Assembly: GCF_022045235.1 (NCBI RefSeq) | Contig: NW_027266286.1 | Span: 75,392,001 to 75,456,000, forward strand | From: Haliotis cracherodii | Lineage: Eukaryota | DNA length: 64,000 nt | Direction of reading: 5' to 3' | Part shown: positions 23,601-33,326 of the stretch, piece by piece | Position numbering within the stretch: the first letter of the stretch is position 1 | Layout: each line of letters starts with the position of its first letter | The notes under the pieces: generated by a model | Databases searched by the model: none | Seen by the model: only the letters and a program-made list of their open reading frames with translations | What the model was told of the DNA's origin: nothing | Program-made: the position numbers and the translations under genes

Positions 23601-25800
23601 TGTTGTATCAAAATATGCCAAATGTGTGTTTATATGATTGTGAGCAACGGACAGGTTGACTTACCTGTAGGACAATCCCCCGGGACGACCTTCACCAGGC
23701 AGTAGGACCCCCGGGGCCAGGGGGGACGGGAAACGTTGCCCGCCTCATCAACCTCCCCTCCATCCCCCTCATGCTCCACTCTCACACACAGGTTCAGCTG
23801 AATGGTCCGGTAATGGTAGGGTCCTAGCAGAGGGAGGTTGTTGGTCCATGTTTGTCTACCGTCGCTGCTGTTGTTGCCAACGTAGGTGAGATTGATGAAG
23901 GTGGTCGTCCATCCATGGTTCTCACTCTCAGGGCATCCCGTCGAGGTGGACAGCAGGCCGTATGACCCTATGGGCCAATCGCTCTCCCGCCTTTCTGAAA
24001 ATAGCACGTGTGAACGTCAGAACTTGTATCACTGTTTCAGGAAACGTGCTGCAGATTTCAACAAGATGACAGTAATAATAATAAGAACAATAAAGATAGT
24101 AATACTGAGCATCCGTCGTTACACAGTCTGAAATAGTAACACTGAAGCATCACTTTCTTTCCCAGTATACTCCGACAGCTTTATATCAATGTATTTGGTA
24201 TGCACCGACAGCCTTATATCAATGTATTTGGTATGCACCGACAGCTTTATATCAATGTATTCGGTATGCACCGACAGCCTTATATCAATGTATTCGGTAT
24301 GCACCGACAGCCTTATATCAATGTATTTGGTATGCACCGACAGCTTTATATCAATGTATTTGTTTTACACCGACAGCCTTATATCAATGTATTTGTTTTA
24401 CACCGACAGCCTTTTATCAATGTGTTTGGTATCATGGCTAAAACAATTGTGAAGTTTGTTTTACAGCAATTCGAAAGTGTCCGAGAAAAAATATTACAAG
24501 TTTCATAAGTATATGCGATGTACATGAAAACAATATGTGCTGGTGTCGTTTTTCGAAAAAAAGGTTCTGTTCCAAATAATGCTGATGGTGTTGGACAGCG
24601 CGATATAAGCCAGGCTACGCGTCCATATAAGCCACGCAGTGCTGCGATATAAGCCTATAAACACAAAGATAAGCCATGTTACATGGCAATGTAATCCATG
24701 TAACGCATTGATGTAACTCACTCAACAGGCTGATGAATTCCACGGATAATGGTTTGCATCGATATTAGCTCGGCAACGAATCCTGGAAAGGGCATTCTTT
24801 CATGTACTACAGATTTGTTGATGTAAAGTGAGTGAGTTAAAAGTTAACGTCACATCGTGTGGATGTAAATGTCATCTTATTGGACTATGCGCGCAATTCG
24901 CCTTTCTTCTTGAAGTAATTGACGTGAGAGGTTTGTTTGTATGTTGTTTAAGGCCGCGCTCAGCAATATTCCAGCTGTATGACGGCGGTCTGTAACTAAT
25001 CTAGTCTAGACCAGACAATCCGGTGATTGATATCAAGAGCATCGATCCACGCATTTGGGAAGCGATGACATGCATCAACCAAAACAAGCATAGTCACCTT
25101 TTGCGACAAGCATGGGTTTTTAAAGACCTATTCTACCCCGGATCGTTACGGTCGAGAGAGAGGTCAGACAGGTCAGATAGGTCAGAGAAGCACGTGTATT
25201 TACCAATGGCACAGAAAGTGCCCGTATATCCTGGTTCACAGTCGCAGACGCAGCCAGTGTTGTTGAGGACGCCTCTGCTACCACACTGCAGCCAACGACA
25301 TTCTGACAGAAAACACAAAACTATTATATTGACATGCCTTGATACAACACTGTTAGCGCCATTAATACCTGTTCTTGTTGTGTAACGCTATACGTGAACT
25401 TGAAGGGTATGTTATATCCTAGGAATACTCATGGCGATTAGTACTGACTACTAATTTCTAGTAAGCAAACTGTGGTAGCCTAGTGGTGAAAGCGTTTGCT
25501 CGTCACGTAGAAGACCCGTGATCGATTCCTAACTTGTGTGAATCCCATTTGTGGTGTTCCTCGCCGTGATATTGCTGGAATATTGCTAAAAGCGGCGTAA
25601 AACCATACTCACTTATATGCAACTTAAGCCAGTGGTTATTTGATAATCGCTCATGTCTTAAATGATGTTTACACGCTTCGCTGACTGACCTGGCAGGAAC
25701 TCTCTCACCTACCTGGCACGCCCTCGTCCCACAGAATGTACGCCGACACTGTCGTGAACGAAAACAACGTCATGACAAAGGTGGTTGACATCGCCGGCAT
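1890..25800 (-). CDS. Multi-exon mosaic extracellular receptor/lectin (SP-EGF-ApeC-kringle-FTP-F5/8C-PAN-CUB-CUB-CTL-LDLa-LDLa...), 3' end probably outside the window; possibly a GRL101-like LDLa-containing GPCR
   Basis: 22 exons with GT-AG boundaries and consistent phases summing to 3907 nt (1302 codons + 1). Domain motifs recognised exon by exon (see below). One donor (4606) is weak. Confidence 0.85.
2295..3784 (-). mobile_element. Tc1-family DNA transposon, near full length, disrupted transposase
   Basis: Imperfect TIRs (ct.a.caaca.aagttcctgtgacac) flanked by TA; ORF pieces 3488-3231 (MPRLSENE, HTH, RSGRP) and 3134-2493 (FTYESRF, VWGGI, QHDNARPH, WPARSP, GGHTRY); stop, frameshift and first catalytic D changed to Y. 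Confidence 0.92.
4176..4343 (-). CDS. Mosaic gene exon 21: linker + LDL-receptor class A repeat
   Basis: YRCDNGEYISHVYRCDGAADCYDATDEDC (four-Cys variant). Confidence 0.85.
4607..4776 (-). CDS. Mosaic gene exon 20: C-type lectin part 3 (3' boundary uncertain)
   Basis: QPDGLDQELCG...WHDVAC...FVCEK; only a weak phase-1 donor (A|gtttgt) found. Confidence 0.75.
5469..5535 (-). CDS. Mosaic gene exon 19: C-type lectin part 2
   Basis: GLRKTAGAGWSWLDGRPLSYTDW; phase 1-2. Confidence 0.9.
5832..6041 (-). CDS. Mosaic gene exon 18: C-type lectin part 1
   Basis: GWYTLGDSAYKL...TWEEARDNCSQSGGHLVSIRDQQE...VFIG. Confidence 0.9.
7015..7400. repeat. ~20-bp degenerate minisatellite
   Basis: ggtaggtatggcacgtactg / ataacatgcacggggtgg units. 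Confidence 0.85.
7938..8151 (-). CDS. Mosaic gene exon 17: CUB domain 2 part 2
   Basis: CDGDYVQLFD...LARHC...LGVEFYSDG...GFQIKY. Confidence 0.85.
8445..9375. repeat. CA-rich ~28-bp minisatellite
   Basis: cacacatacacgccggcaagcacgaa units, decaying toward 9375. Confidence 0.9.
9409..9605 (-). CDS. Mosaic gene exon 16: CUB domain 2 part 1
   Basis: CGYINSPLFPHMYNDFSNCQWRIQ...INVTFLWLDV. Confidence 0.85.
10180..10405 (-). CDS. Mosaic gene exon 15: CUB domain 1 part 2
   Basis: CEDTLIVHDGP...ISSESQMTFTFKS...RGFTLH. Confidence 0.85.
10821..11005 (-). CDS. Mosaic gene exon 14: CUB domain 1 part 1
   Basis: ELRSPSYPLYYGEGLECEWKVQ...IQLTVVDIEL. Confidence 0.85.
11198..11554 (-). CDS. Mosaic gene exon 13: PAN/apple-like domain
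   Basis: TWEDCFAAC...CAGFTYEAETGQCQ; tttcag| and G|gtgaga; phase 1-1. Confidence 0.8.
11575..11643. repeat. (TAC)n microsatellite
   Basis: actactactac run inside the short intron between exons 12 and 13. Confidence 0.95.
11694..11838 (-). CDS. Mosaic gene exon 12: F5/8C part 3
   Basis: EFRVDP...VLARQIRLTFPRGDACVKMELLGCP (AR.IRL...MELLGC discoidin end). Confidence 0.85.
11960..12680 (-). mobile_element. 3' end of a non-LTR retrotransposon (LINE) remnant
   Basis: C-terminal ORF2-like peptide (FYQEWHSTLENS...KYL...F) followed by AATAAA and a short repeat tail. Confidence 0.55.
12706..12861 (-). CDS. Mosaic gene exon 11: F5/8C part 2
   Basis: VDLLTPSVVDAVVVQGWTEGSNVRFVTSFNVGY...; cgtag| and T|gtgagt; phase 0-0. 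Confidence 0.85.
13962..14122 (-). CDS. Mosaic gene exon 10: F5/8 type C (discoidin) part 1, using the last of 17 repeated acceptors
   Basis: DTGCGRTMGVTSGYIQDFQIFSSS...ARLHREKGWCSSPDDTQPYIE; donor GAG|gtaacc; the 5' boundary could be any in-frame acceptor up to 15130. Confidence 0.8.
14085..15166 (-). repeat. 63-bp minisatellite, 17 copies, each holding the exon-10 splice acceptor and first 36 exonic nt
   Basis: Unit (minus) gtatatacaggcttgtttctacttcag|ACACAGGGTGTGGTCGTACAATGGGGGTCACATCAG; first and last acceptors 1008 = 16x63 nt apart. Confidence 0.95.
15928..16125. repeat. 29-bp tandem repeat with palindromic core
   Basis: cagtcaatatgtatattgacagaacactt x5-6. Confidence 0.9.
16642..16893 (-). 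CDS. Mosaic gene exon 9: FTP-like part 3
   Basis: ...HVCGG...FECDQPIRARYVTVQ...LHVTEIEIYVE; phase 1-1. Confidence 0.85.
17448..17832. mobile_element. MITE with ~27-bp TIRs and 3-bp target duplication (Harbinger-like)
   Basis: gggcacgttgcaagccacgaatcgctt ... aagcgattggtgctttgcaacgcaccc, flanked by aag on both sides. Confidence 0.65.
18387..18491 (-). CDS. Mosaic gene exon 8: FTP-like part 2
   Basis: NAAFISRRPLVEPWIQVDVMRDVIVHKVIVYLTN (PWxxVD motif); ttccag| and G|gtgaga. Confidence 0.8.
18638..18745 (-). CDS. Mosaic gene exon 7: F-type lectin (FTP)-like domain part 1
   Basis: ELSARVHKMTSLGYPLYSCDEAEGSDRRSVVDGLT; tttcag| and A|gtaact; phase 1-1. Confidence 0.75.
18849..20366 (-). repeat. 32-bp minisatellite, ~47 copies, each holding the kringle-exon splice donor
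   Basis: Unit (minus) TTCCTGTCTGTC|gtacgtcacaccttctcctc; first and last donors 1472 = 46x32 nt apart. Confidence 0.95.
20355..20603 (-). CDS. Mosaic gene exon 6: kringle domain
   Basis: ECWDRQDKGASYRG...HCNEW...RYCRALEDAPGGPVC...CPVPVC, six Cys; donor C|gtacgt is the first unit of the 32-bp array. Confidence 0.85.
20739..20856 (-). CDS. Mosaic gene exon 5: ApeC part 3
   Basis: RTSFTACPSLKGMILNSHTFTFLPGTPDLNLGLCHYVPY (C...GM ... C.Y); not in ORF-track frame; phase 0-1. Confidence 0.75.
21140..21242. mobile_element. Short MITE with inverted termini
   Basis: gccccgttccacaaaacgatc ... gatcgctttgtggaacggggc; related end at ~61737. Confidence 0.65.
21462..21646 (-). CDS. Mosaic gene exon 4: ApeC part 2
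   Basis: DFRYDAMTLENY...LCCRDDEDPSKAFHLPTSSAFVLLQ (CCRxD...LPT..PF.L type motif); phase 1-0. Confidence 0.8.
21760..22842. repeat. 27-28-bp minisatellite, ~40 copies
   Basis: tgtttcacatcggacaatacattgtacc units. Confidence 0.95.
23665..23994 (-). CDS. Mosaic gene exon 3: apextrin C-terminal (ApeC) domain, part 1
   Basis: WPIGSYGLLSTSTGCP...WPRGSYCLVKVVPGDCPT matches the WPxGxY...GCP/WPxGxYC ApeC pattern; ttttcag| and G|gtaagt. Confidence 0.85.
24170..24430. repeat. 33-bp tandem repeat, ~8 copies
   Basis: caccgacagccttatatcaatgtatttggtatg. Confidence 0.9.
25204..25302 (-). CDS. Mosaic gene exon 2: EGF-like domain
   Basis: ECRWLQCGSRGVLNNTGCVCDCEPGYTGTFCAI; tgtcag| acceptor, G|gtaaat donor, phase 1-1. 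Confidence 0.85.
25713..25800 (-). CDS. Mosaic gene coding exon 1: signal peptide
   Basis: MPAMSTTFVMTLFSFTTVSA-YILWDEGVP; donor CCAG|gtaggt, phase 1. Confidence 0.7.
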
Positions 25801-25844
25801 GCTTCTGGCCACAGACACGACCTGACTGGTTGTGGTACGTTTCC

Positions 25845-26121
25845 CAGTCCCCCACCGCTGTGTCCGAGTCCACCACTGCTGTGTCCGAGTCCCCCACCGC
25901 TGTGTCCGAGTCCCCCACCGCTGTGTCCGAGTCCCCCACCACTGTGTCCGAGTCCCCCACCGCTGTGTCCGAGTCCCCCACCGCTGTGTCCGAGGCCCCC
26001 ACCGCTGTGTCCGAGTCCCCCACCGCTGTGTCCGAGTCCCCCACCGCTGTGTCCGAGTCCCCCACCGCTGTGTCCGAGTCCACCACCGCTGTGTCCGAGT
26101 CCCCCACCGCTGTGTCCGAGT
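25845..26121. repeat. 21-bp GC-rich tandem repeat, ~13 copies, just upstream of the mosaic gene start codon
   Basis: gagtcccccaccgctgtgtcc units. Confidence 0.95.
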
Positions 26122-26617
26122 GCGCCCGTGGGGTGAAGGACACCACGTTCTGTACGTCGCCGTTGGATCAAGGGCACTACCTCCTGTACGACGCACTGCG
26201 TCGTGATGGCCGACAGACACATGATCAGTTATAAACAGAGACTTGTTTTGACTACAGTAAGTCGCGGCTTGGCCATCGACTGTATGTTGATGTTACTGAG
26301 TCCTCATCAGTGTTGTCGCAGTGGTGTCTGGTGTAGCTACGGCTGTGGTTGGTTGAAGTCGAGGTTATCAGTATAATCCCCCAGTGTCACCTGAGGCAAG
26401 GCTATTATTTTGATTGGGAACATGAAGACACTTCTTTATTGTTTCTCAACACCAGGGGTTGCGCCAAGATCAGGTGATAAAGTGGAAGTAACGCAGCGAG
26501 CCTTGCAGGAGAAATGATGATAACATGTGTCAGATTCATAAACAAGGAAAATAAGTCAATGCGATTTATAATTCACAGGATTTGTCGTGGACAAGGTGTG
26601 CACGTATGGGGGTCAGG

Positions 26618-28400
26618 ATGTGTGGTGGGTCTGTGTCTGGATCTGTGTGGTGGGTCTGTGTGTGGATCTGTGTGTTGATCTGTAAGGTGGATCTGTGTGG
26701 TGGGACTGTGTGTGGATCTGTGTGGTGGGTCTGTGTGTGGATCTGTGTGGTGGGTCTGTGTGTGGATCTGTGTGGTGGGTCTGTGTGTGGATCTGTCTGG
26801 TGGGTCAGTGTGTTGGTCTGTGTGCGGATCTGTGTGGTGGGACTGTGTGATGGATCTGTGTGGTGGGTCTTTGTGTGGATCTGTGTGATGGATCTGTGTG
26901 GTGGGACTGTGTGTGGATCTGTGTGGTGTGACTATGTGTGGATCTGTGTGGTGGGTCTGTGTGTGGATCTGTGTGGTGGGACTGTGTGTGGATCTGTGTG
27001 GTGTGACTGTGTGTGGATCTGTGTGGTGGGTCTGTGTGTGGATCTGTGTGGTGGGTCTGTTTGGTGGGATTTAGTGTGGATCTGTGTGGTGGGACTGTGT
27101 GGTGGATCTGTGTGGTGGGTCTGTGTGTGGATCTGTGTGATGGATCTGTGTGGTGGGACTGTGTGTGGATCTGTGTGGTGGGTCTGTGTGTGGATCTGTG
27201 TGGTTCGGTCTGTGTGTAGATCTGTGTGGTGGGACTGTGTGTGGATCTGTGTGGTGGGTCTGTGTGTGGATCTGTGTGGTGGGTCTGTGTGTGGATCTAT
27301 GTGGTGGGTCTGTGTGTGGATCTGTGTGGTAGGTCAGTGTGGTGGGTCTGTGTGTGGATCTGTGTGGTGGGACTGTGTGTGGATCTGTATGAGGTGGGAC
27401 AATGTGTGGATCTATGTGGTGGAACTGTGTGTGGATCTGTGTGGTGGGTCTGTGTGGTGGATCTGTGTGATGGATCTGTGTGGTGGATCTGTGTGGTGAG
27501 ACTGTGTGGTGGATCTGTGTGGTGGGTCTGTGTGATGGATCTGTGTGGTGAGACTGTGTGATGGATCTGTGTGATGGATCTGTGTGGTGAGACTGTGAGG
27601 TGGATCTGTGTGGTGGGTCTGTGTGATGAATCTGTGTGGTAGGTCTGTGTGAGGTGGGTCTGTGTGGTGGATCTGTGTGGTGGGTCTATGTGGTGGATCT
27701 GTGTGGTGGGTCTGTGTGATGGATCTGTGTGATGGATCTGTGTGAGGTGGGTCTGTGTGATGGATCTGTGTGAGGTGGGTCTGTGTGATTGATCTGTGTG
27801 AGGTGGGTCTGTGTGGTGGGTCTGTGTGGCGGGTCTGTGTGGTGGGTCTATGTGGTGGGTCTATGGGATGGATCTGTGTGGTTGGTCTGTGTGGTGGATC
27901 TGTGTGGTGGGTCTGTGTGGTGGATCTGTGTGGTGGGTCTGTGTGGTGGATCTGTGTGGTGGGTCTGTGTGGTGGGTCTATGGGATGGATCTGTGTGGTT
28001 GGTCTGTGTGGTGGATCTGTGTGGTGGGTCTGTGTGGTGGATCTGTGTGGTGGGTCTGTGTGGTGGATCTGTGTGGTAGTTCTCTGGTAGGTCTGTGTGG
28101 TGGGTCTGTGTGGTGGGTCTATGTGGTGGGTCTATGGGATGGATCTGTGTGGTTGGTCTGTGTGGTGGATCTGTGTGGTGGGTCTGTGTGGTGGATCTGT
28201 GTGGTGGGTCTGTGTGGTGGATCTGTGTGGTGGGTCTGTGTGGTTGGTCTGAGTGATGGATCTGTGTGATGGATCTGTGTGATGGATCTGTGTGGTGAGA
28301 TTGTGTGGTGGGTCTATGTGGTGGGTCTGTGTGCTGGGTCTGTGTGGTGGATCGTTGTGGTGGATCTGTGTGGTGGGATTGTGTGGTGGGTCTATGTGAT
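26618..28400. repeat. GT-rich ~13/26-bp minisatellite
   Basis: ggatctgtgtggtgggtctgtgtgt units. Confidence 0.95.
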
Positions 28401-28959
28401 TACAAAAAGAACACATTTATAAACACAACGATTGTTATACCTCGGTGGAATTTGAACCTGCCACCTTTTGATTTATAGTCCGTCACGCGACAACGTGTGC
28501 TACGGAGACTGTTGTCGTCACAATTGTCAATTTTCCATCAGCTTGTTTTATTTGTACAATGTTTAGTTAATATTGTACCAAGTTCGTTGTACGTCGGTAG
28601 TACATACGTTATGCAAGTTGCCTTGGCACATCTAATTTCAATATGTATCAACCTGATTATATGTACTTTATTAAACATGTTAAGTTCTAACACATACCAA
28701 CACCACAAGAAGATTGATACACATGCTAACATACCCACACTACAAGGGTATTGAAAAATTTGCAAGCACATATCAACACTACAAACATATTGATTGACAT
28801 GCCAACACATATAGACACTACAAACATATTGATAGATTTGCAAGCACATATCAACATTACAAACATATTCATTGACATGCCAACACATACCAACATGCCA
28901 ACACATACCAGCACTACAAACATATTGATTGACATGCCAACACATACCAACGCTATAAG

Positions 28960-29235
28960 TTTTGTTTGTTTATTTATTGTTTAACGCCGCACTGAGCAAA
29001 ATTCAAGCTATATGATGTCGGCCTTTAAAAAATCAAGTCTGGATCAGACAATCCAGTGATTGACACCATGAGCATCGATCCACGCATTTGGGATACAATG
29101 ACATGCATTAACCAAGTCAGGTCAGCGAGCCTTACCACCCGATCCTGTTAGTCGCCTCCTACGACAAGCATAGCCGCCTTTTACGGCAAGAATGGGTTGC
29201 TGAAGGCCTTTTCTAACCTGGATCTTCACGGGTCT
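28960..29235 (-). mobile_element. SINE (family C; copies at ~4010-4150, 24930-25152, 30205-30470, 39015-39130, 51160-51370)
   Basis: Shared gtttaacgccgcac...cgacaagcat...acccggatcttcacgggtc body with (aaac)n tail. Confidence 0.75.
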
Positions 29236-30639
29236 ACTTTTTGTAGTATAAGGTAACTAAACTGATTGACTTATCAGTTGGACACCACTTGGCAATGACG
29301 AAACTTCTCTCTCTTTTGAATTTTTGCCATTCCTGGAGCAGTGCCTGGGGCAGTTCATTCAGGTTTTAAACTGGAGGGTCTCTAGCTATCAGGGGCGCCA
29401 GTAAAGTTATACAACATGCATTGTTCCGTCATTTCACAGTAATTTTCAGAATTGGATTTTGTATCAGGTGGTGCTTAATTAATGCGCATGTGTGTATTTA
29501 TATATTGTCACGCTAATCATCAGGACGGTAATCTGTGCTGCGCAATCCTAAAGCTGGGGATGATGGATACAGGGAGTGATCATTCAATCTGCATGTTATC
29601 AGGCTGTGCTGATAACATTCCTTGACAGGAGCTGGACAGGAGGAGATGAAATGACTTACGCTCACTCACCAATCTGAGGTCACACTAAAATACTTGTCAG
29701 CCCAGTCTCGCTGGCCACGGACTAGAAAGTGTTTTTTTTTATTGACACTGTGACTGGTGTTTAATGTATTGATTTGTTTCTGTATGGACTTTGGCACTGT
29801 CTGCAATCTCTGTCAGTTAGCACATGCCTTTATATAGGTCAAACAGATCACACAGGTCAGTATTTGAACATCTAGGCGTCGACTGATAAAAGAAGACACC
29901 AGCTCATTTTATAGGAATAGTATTTAGGTGACCAATACAGTGAGATAACGCATAATGCTGAAGTAGAGACATTCCAGCATGTGTTCATAGAGCCGCGGTT
30001 CTCTATAGCTCATCAGACAATTCCGACCACTAAAGCTATGCTTCAGATAATTATAGAGTGTTGCTTTTAATTTTCTTGATGGACTTCGGCACTGACAATT
30101 CGCCATCTGGTGAATATGTATCCCCTGAATGATATGTTTGACTGTGCTGAATCAGTATTAAGTTTCTTTAGCTTATGATACGGTGTCAGCACACCAACAC
30201 GTGCGGTGAGTTGGTTTGTTTGTTCCTTGTTTAACGCCGCACTCCAATATTCCAGCCATATGACAGCGGTCTGTAAATACGAGACAATCCAGTGTTTGAC
30301 ATCGCGAGGATCCACCAACGCAGTTGGGATAAGATGACATGCTTCAACAAAGTCGGCGAGCCTGACCACCCGATCCCGTTAGTCGACTCTTACGACAAGC
30401 ATAGTTGCCTTTTAACGGCAAGCATGGGTTGCTCAAGATCTATTCTACCCCGGATATCTACGGGCTCTACAGTGAGTGAGCTTCCCTAATTGGGGAACAG
30501 AACCCTGGCCTACGAGAGAGAGACAACGCTTTAACCGCTAGGCTTCCCACACTGACAGAAATAGTTAGTAATATCACTGTCCACTCAAGACACCAACATG
30601 TTAGTAGACTTTGACTACCAATTAGTTAATATAGACAAT

Positions 30640-32792
30640 ATGGTAGTGTCAGGCTGTGTGAGGGTAGTGGCAGCCTGTGTGATGGTAGTGCCAGGTTGTG
30701 TGATGGTAGTGCCAGCCTGTATGAGGGTAGTGGCAGCCTGTGTGATGGTAGTGCAAGGCTGTGTGATGGTAGTGCAAGGCTGTGTGATGGTAGTGCAAGG
30801 CTGTGTGATGGTAGTGCAAGGCTGTGTGATGTTTGTGCCAGGCTGTTTGATGGTAGTGCAAGGCTGTGTGATGTTTGTGCCAGGCTGTTTGATGGTTGTG
30901 CCAGGCTGTTTGATGGTTGTGCCAGGCTGTGTGATGGTTGTGCCAGGCTGTTTGATGGTTGTGCCAGGCTGTGTGATGGTTGTGCCAGGCTGTTTGATGG
31001 TTGTGCCAGGCTGTGTGACGATTGTGCCAGTATGTGTGATGGTTGTAGCAGCCTGTGTGAGGGTAGTGCCAGGCTGTGTGATGGTAGTGCCAGGCTGTGT
31101 GATGGTAGTGCCAGCCTGTGTGTGGGTTGTGGCAGCCTGTGTGAGGGTAGTGCCAGGCTGTGTAAGGGTAGTGCCAGGCTGTGTGATGGTAGTGCCAGCC
31201 TGTGTGTGGGTTGTGGCAGCCTGTGTGAGGGTAGTGCCAGGCTGTGCGATGGTAGTGCCAGGCTGTGTGTGGGTAGTGGCAGCATGTGTAAGGGTAGTGC
31301 CAGGCTGTGTGATGGTTGTGCCAGGCTGTGTGATGTTTGTGCCAGGCTGTGTGATGGTTGTGCCAGGCTGTGTGATGGTTGTGCCAGGCTGTTTGATGGT
31401 TGTGCCAGGCTGTGTGATGGTTGTGCCAGGCTGTGTGAGGGTAGTAGCAGCCTGTGTGAGGGCAGTGCCAGGCTGTACGATGGTAGTGCCAGGCTGTACG
31501 ATGGTAGTGCCAGGCTGTGTGAGGGTAGTAGCAGCCAGTGTGAGGGCAGTGCCAGGCTGTGTGATGGTAGTGCCAGGCTGTACGATGGTAGTGCCAGGCT
31601 GTGTGAGGGCAGTGCCAGGCTGTGTGATGGTTGTGCCAGGCTGTGTAATGGTAGTGCCAGGCTGTGTGATGGTTGTGCCGGCTGTGTGAGGGTAGTGCCA
31701 GGCTGTGTGAGTGTAGTGCCAGGCTGTGTCACGATTGTGCAATGCTGTGTAATGGTTGTGCCAGGCTGTGTGAGGGTAGTGGCAGGCTGTGTGATGGTTG
31801 TGCCAGGCTGTGTGATGGTTGTGCCAGGCTGTGTGATGGTTGTGCCAGGCTGTGTGATGGTTGTGCCAGGCTGTGTAATGGTAGTGCCAGGCTGTGTGAG
31901 GGTAGTACCAGCCTGTGTGAGGGTAGTGCCAGGCTGTGTGAGGGCAGTACCAGGCTGTGTGAGGGTAGTGCCAGGCTGTGTGATGGTTGTGCCAGGCTGT
32001 GTGATGGTTGTGCCAGGCTGTGTGAGGGTAGTGCCAGGCTGTGTGAGGGTAGTGCCAGTCTCTGTGACGATTGTGCCAGTATGTGTGATGGTAGTGCCAG
32101 GCTGTGTGAGGGTAGTGCCAGTCTGTGTGACGATTGTGCCAGTATGTGTGATGGTAGTGCCAGGCTGTGTGAGGGTAGTGCCAGGCTGTGTGATGGTAGT
32201 GCCAGGCTGTGTGAGGGTAGTGCCAGGCTGTGTGATGGTAGTGCCAGGCTGTGTGAGGGTAGTGCCAGGCTGTGTAATGGTAGTGCCAGGCTGTACGATG
32301 GTAGTGCCAGGCTGTGTGATGGTAGTACCAGGCTGTGTGAGGGTAGTACCAGACTGTGTAATGGTAGTGCCAGGCTGTGTGATGGTTGTGCCGGCTGTGT
32401 GAGGGTAGTACCAGGCTGTGTGATGGTAGTGCCAGGCTGTGTGACGATTGTGCCAGTATGTGTGATGGTTGTGCCAGGCTGTGTGTGGGTAGTGGCAGCA
32501 TGTGTAAGGGTAGTGCCAGGCTGTGTGATGGTTGTGCCAGGCTGTGTGAGGGTAGTGCCAGACTGTGTAATGGTAGTGCCAGGCTGTGTGATGGTTGTGC
32601 CGGCTGTGTGAGGGTAGTACCAGGCTGTGTGATGGTAGTGCCAGGCTGTGTGAGGGTAGTGCCAGGCTGTGTGACGATTGTGCCAGTATGTGTGATGGTT
32701 GTGCCAGGCTGTGTGAGGGTAGTGCCAGACTGTGTAATGGTAGTGCCAGGCTGTGTGATGGTTGTGCCAGGCTTTGTGAGGGTAGTACCAGG
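30640..32792. repeat. 21-bp minisatellite, ~100 copies
   Basis: gccaggctgtgtgatggtagt units with occasional 20-bp units. Confidence 0.95.
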
Positions 32793-33241
32793 TGTTGTTT
32801 TTTAGTTTTCTGCTCTTTTGTCTTGTTCCAAACAAACAACCACTCTAGTCTGTTTGAAAAAGTGGGTGGTGCATATTATACACCTTCAACGCTTTGCCTT
32901 GCTGCAGCAGTTACAACATTAGTTATCCACCATTGAGGAAACGCACAAACAAACGTCCTTTTTCTATCTGCGTCCATTCACCGCCATCTTTCTGTTGTAA
33001 CATAATCCAGAAGACAATATTTAATCCACCATGTGTTGAGTCCCAGAGTGGCCGATTGACGTCCCAGGTATGCAACGAAAGTATTCCAGCTCCTGCAATG
33101 AATGCCTCCCAAAGCAGATACCATCTAATGCTTGACAACCAGGGCATCTGTGAACTTGGTATGATTTAGACGTCAGTGATGTATTCAGAACGTGTCAACT
33201 CGGGCAACCTGGTCCGACGACCCCCTGGTATCGCCCCTATG

Positions 33242-33280
33242 GTCACGTGGACTCGACCTCGCTATCGGAGTGTATATACA
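33242..33280 (+). promoter_or_regulatory. E-box/CLEAR-like GTCACGTGG plus TATA-like TGTATATACA upstream of GM2A-like copy 1
   Basis: Motifs ~85 and ~55 nt before the ATG, same spacing in all three paralogs. Confidence 0.5.
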
Positions 33281-33326
33281 GGTTGCCAGTCAGTGTCTGG
33301 TTCTACTCGGTCAGCTAAGGTTTATC

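Noticed and set aside
29720-29850. TATA-containing segment as promoter of the mosaic gene
   Set aside because: An inverted similar copy lies at ~44060-44180 and Tc1-like debris is adjacent, so it is more likely a dispersed repeat.
30598-32839. Mucin-like TTITQPG / VVPGCVM ORFs
   Set aside because: 21-bp minisatellite with frame-shifting 20-bp units, no signal peptide or splice context linking it to a gene.
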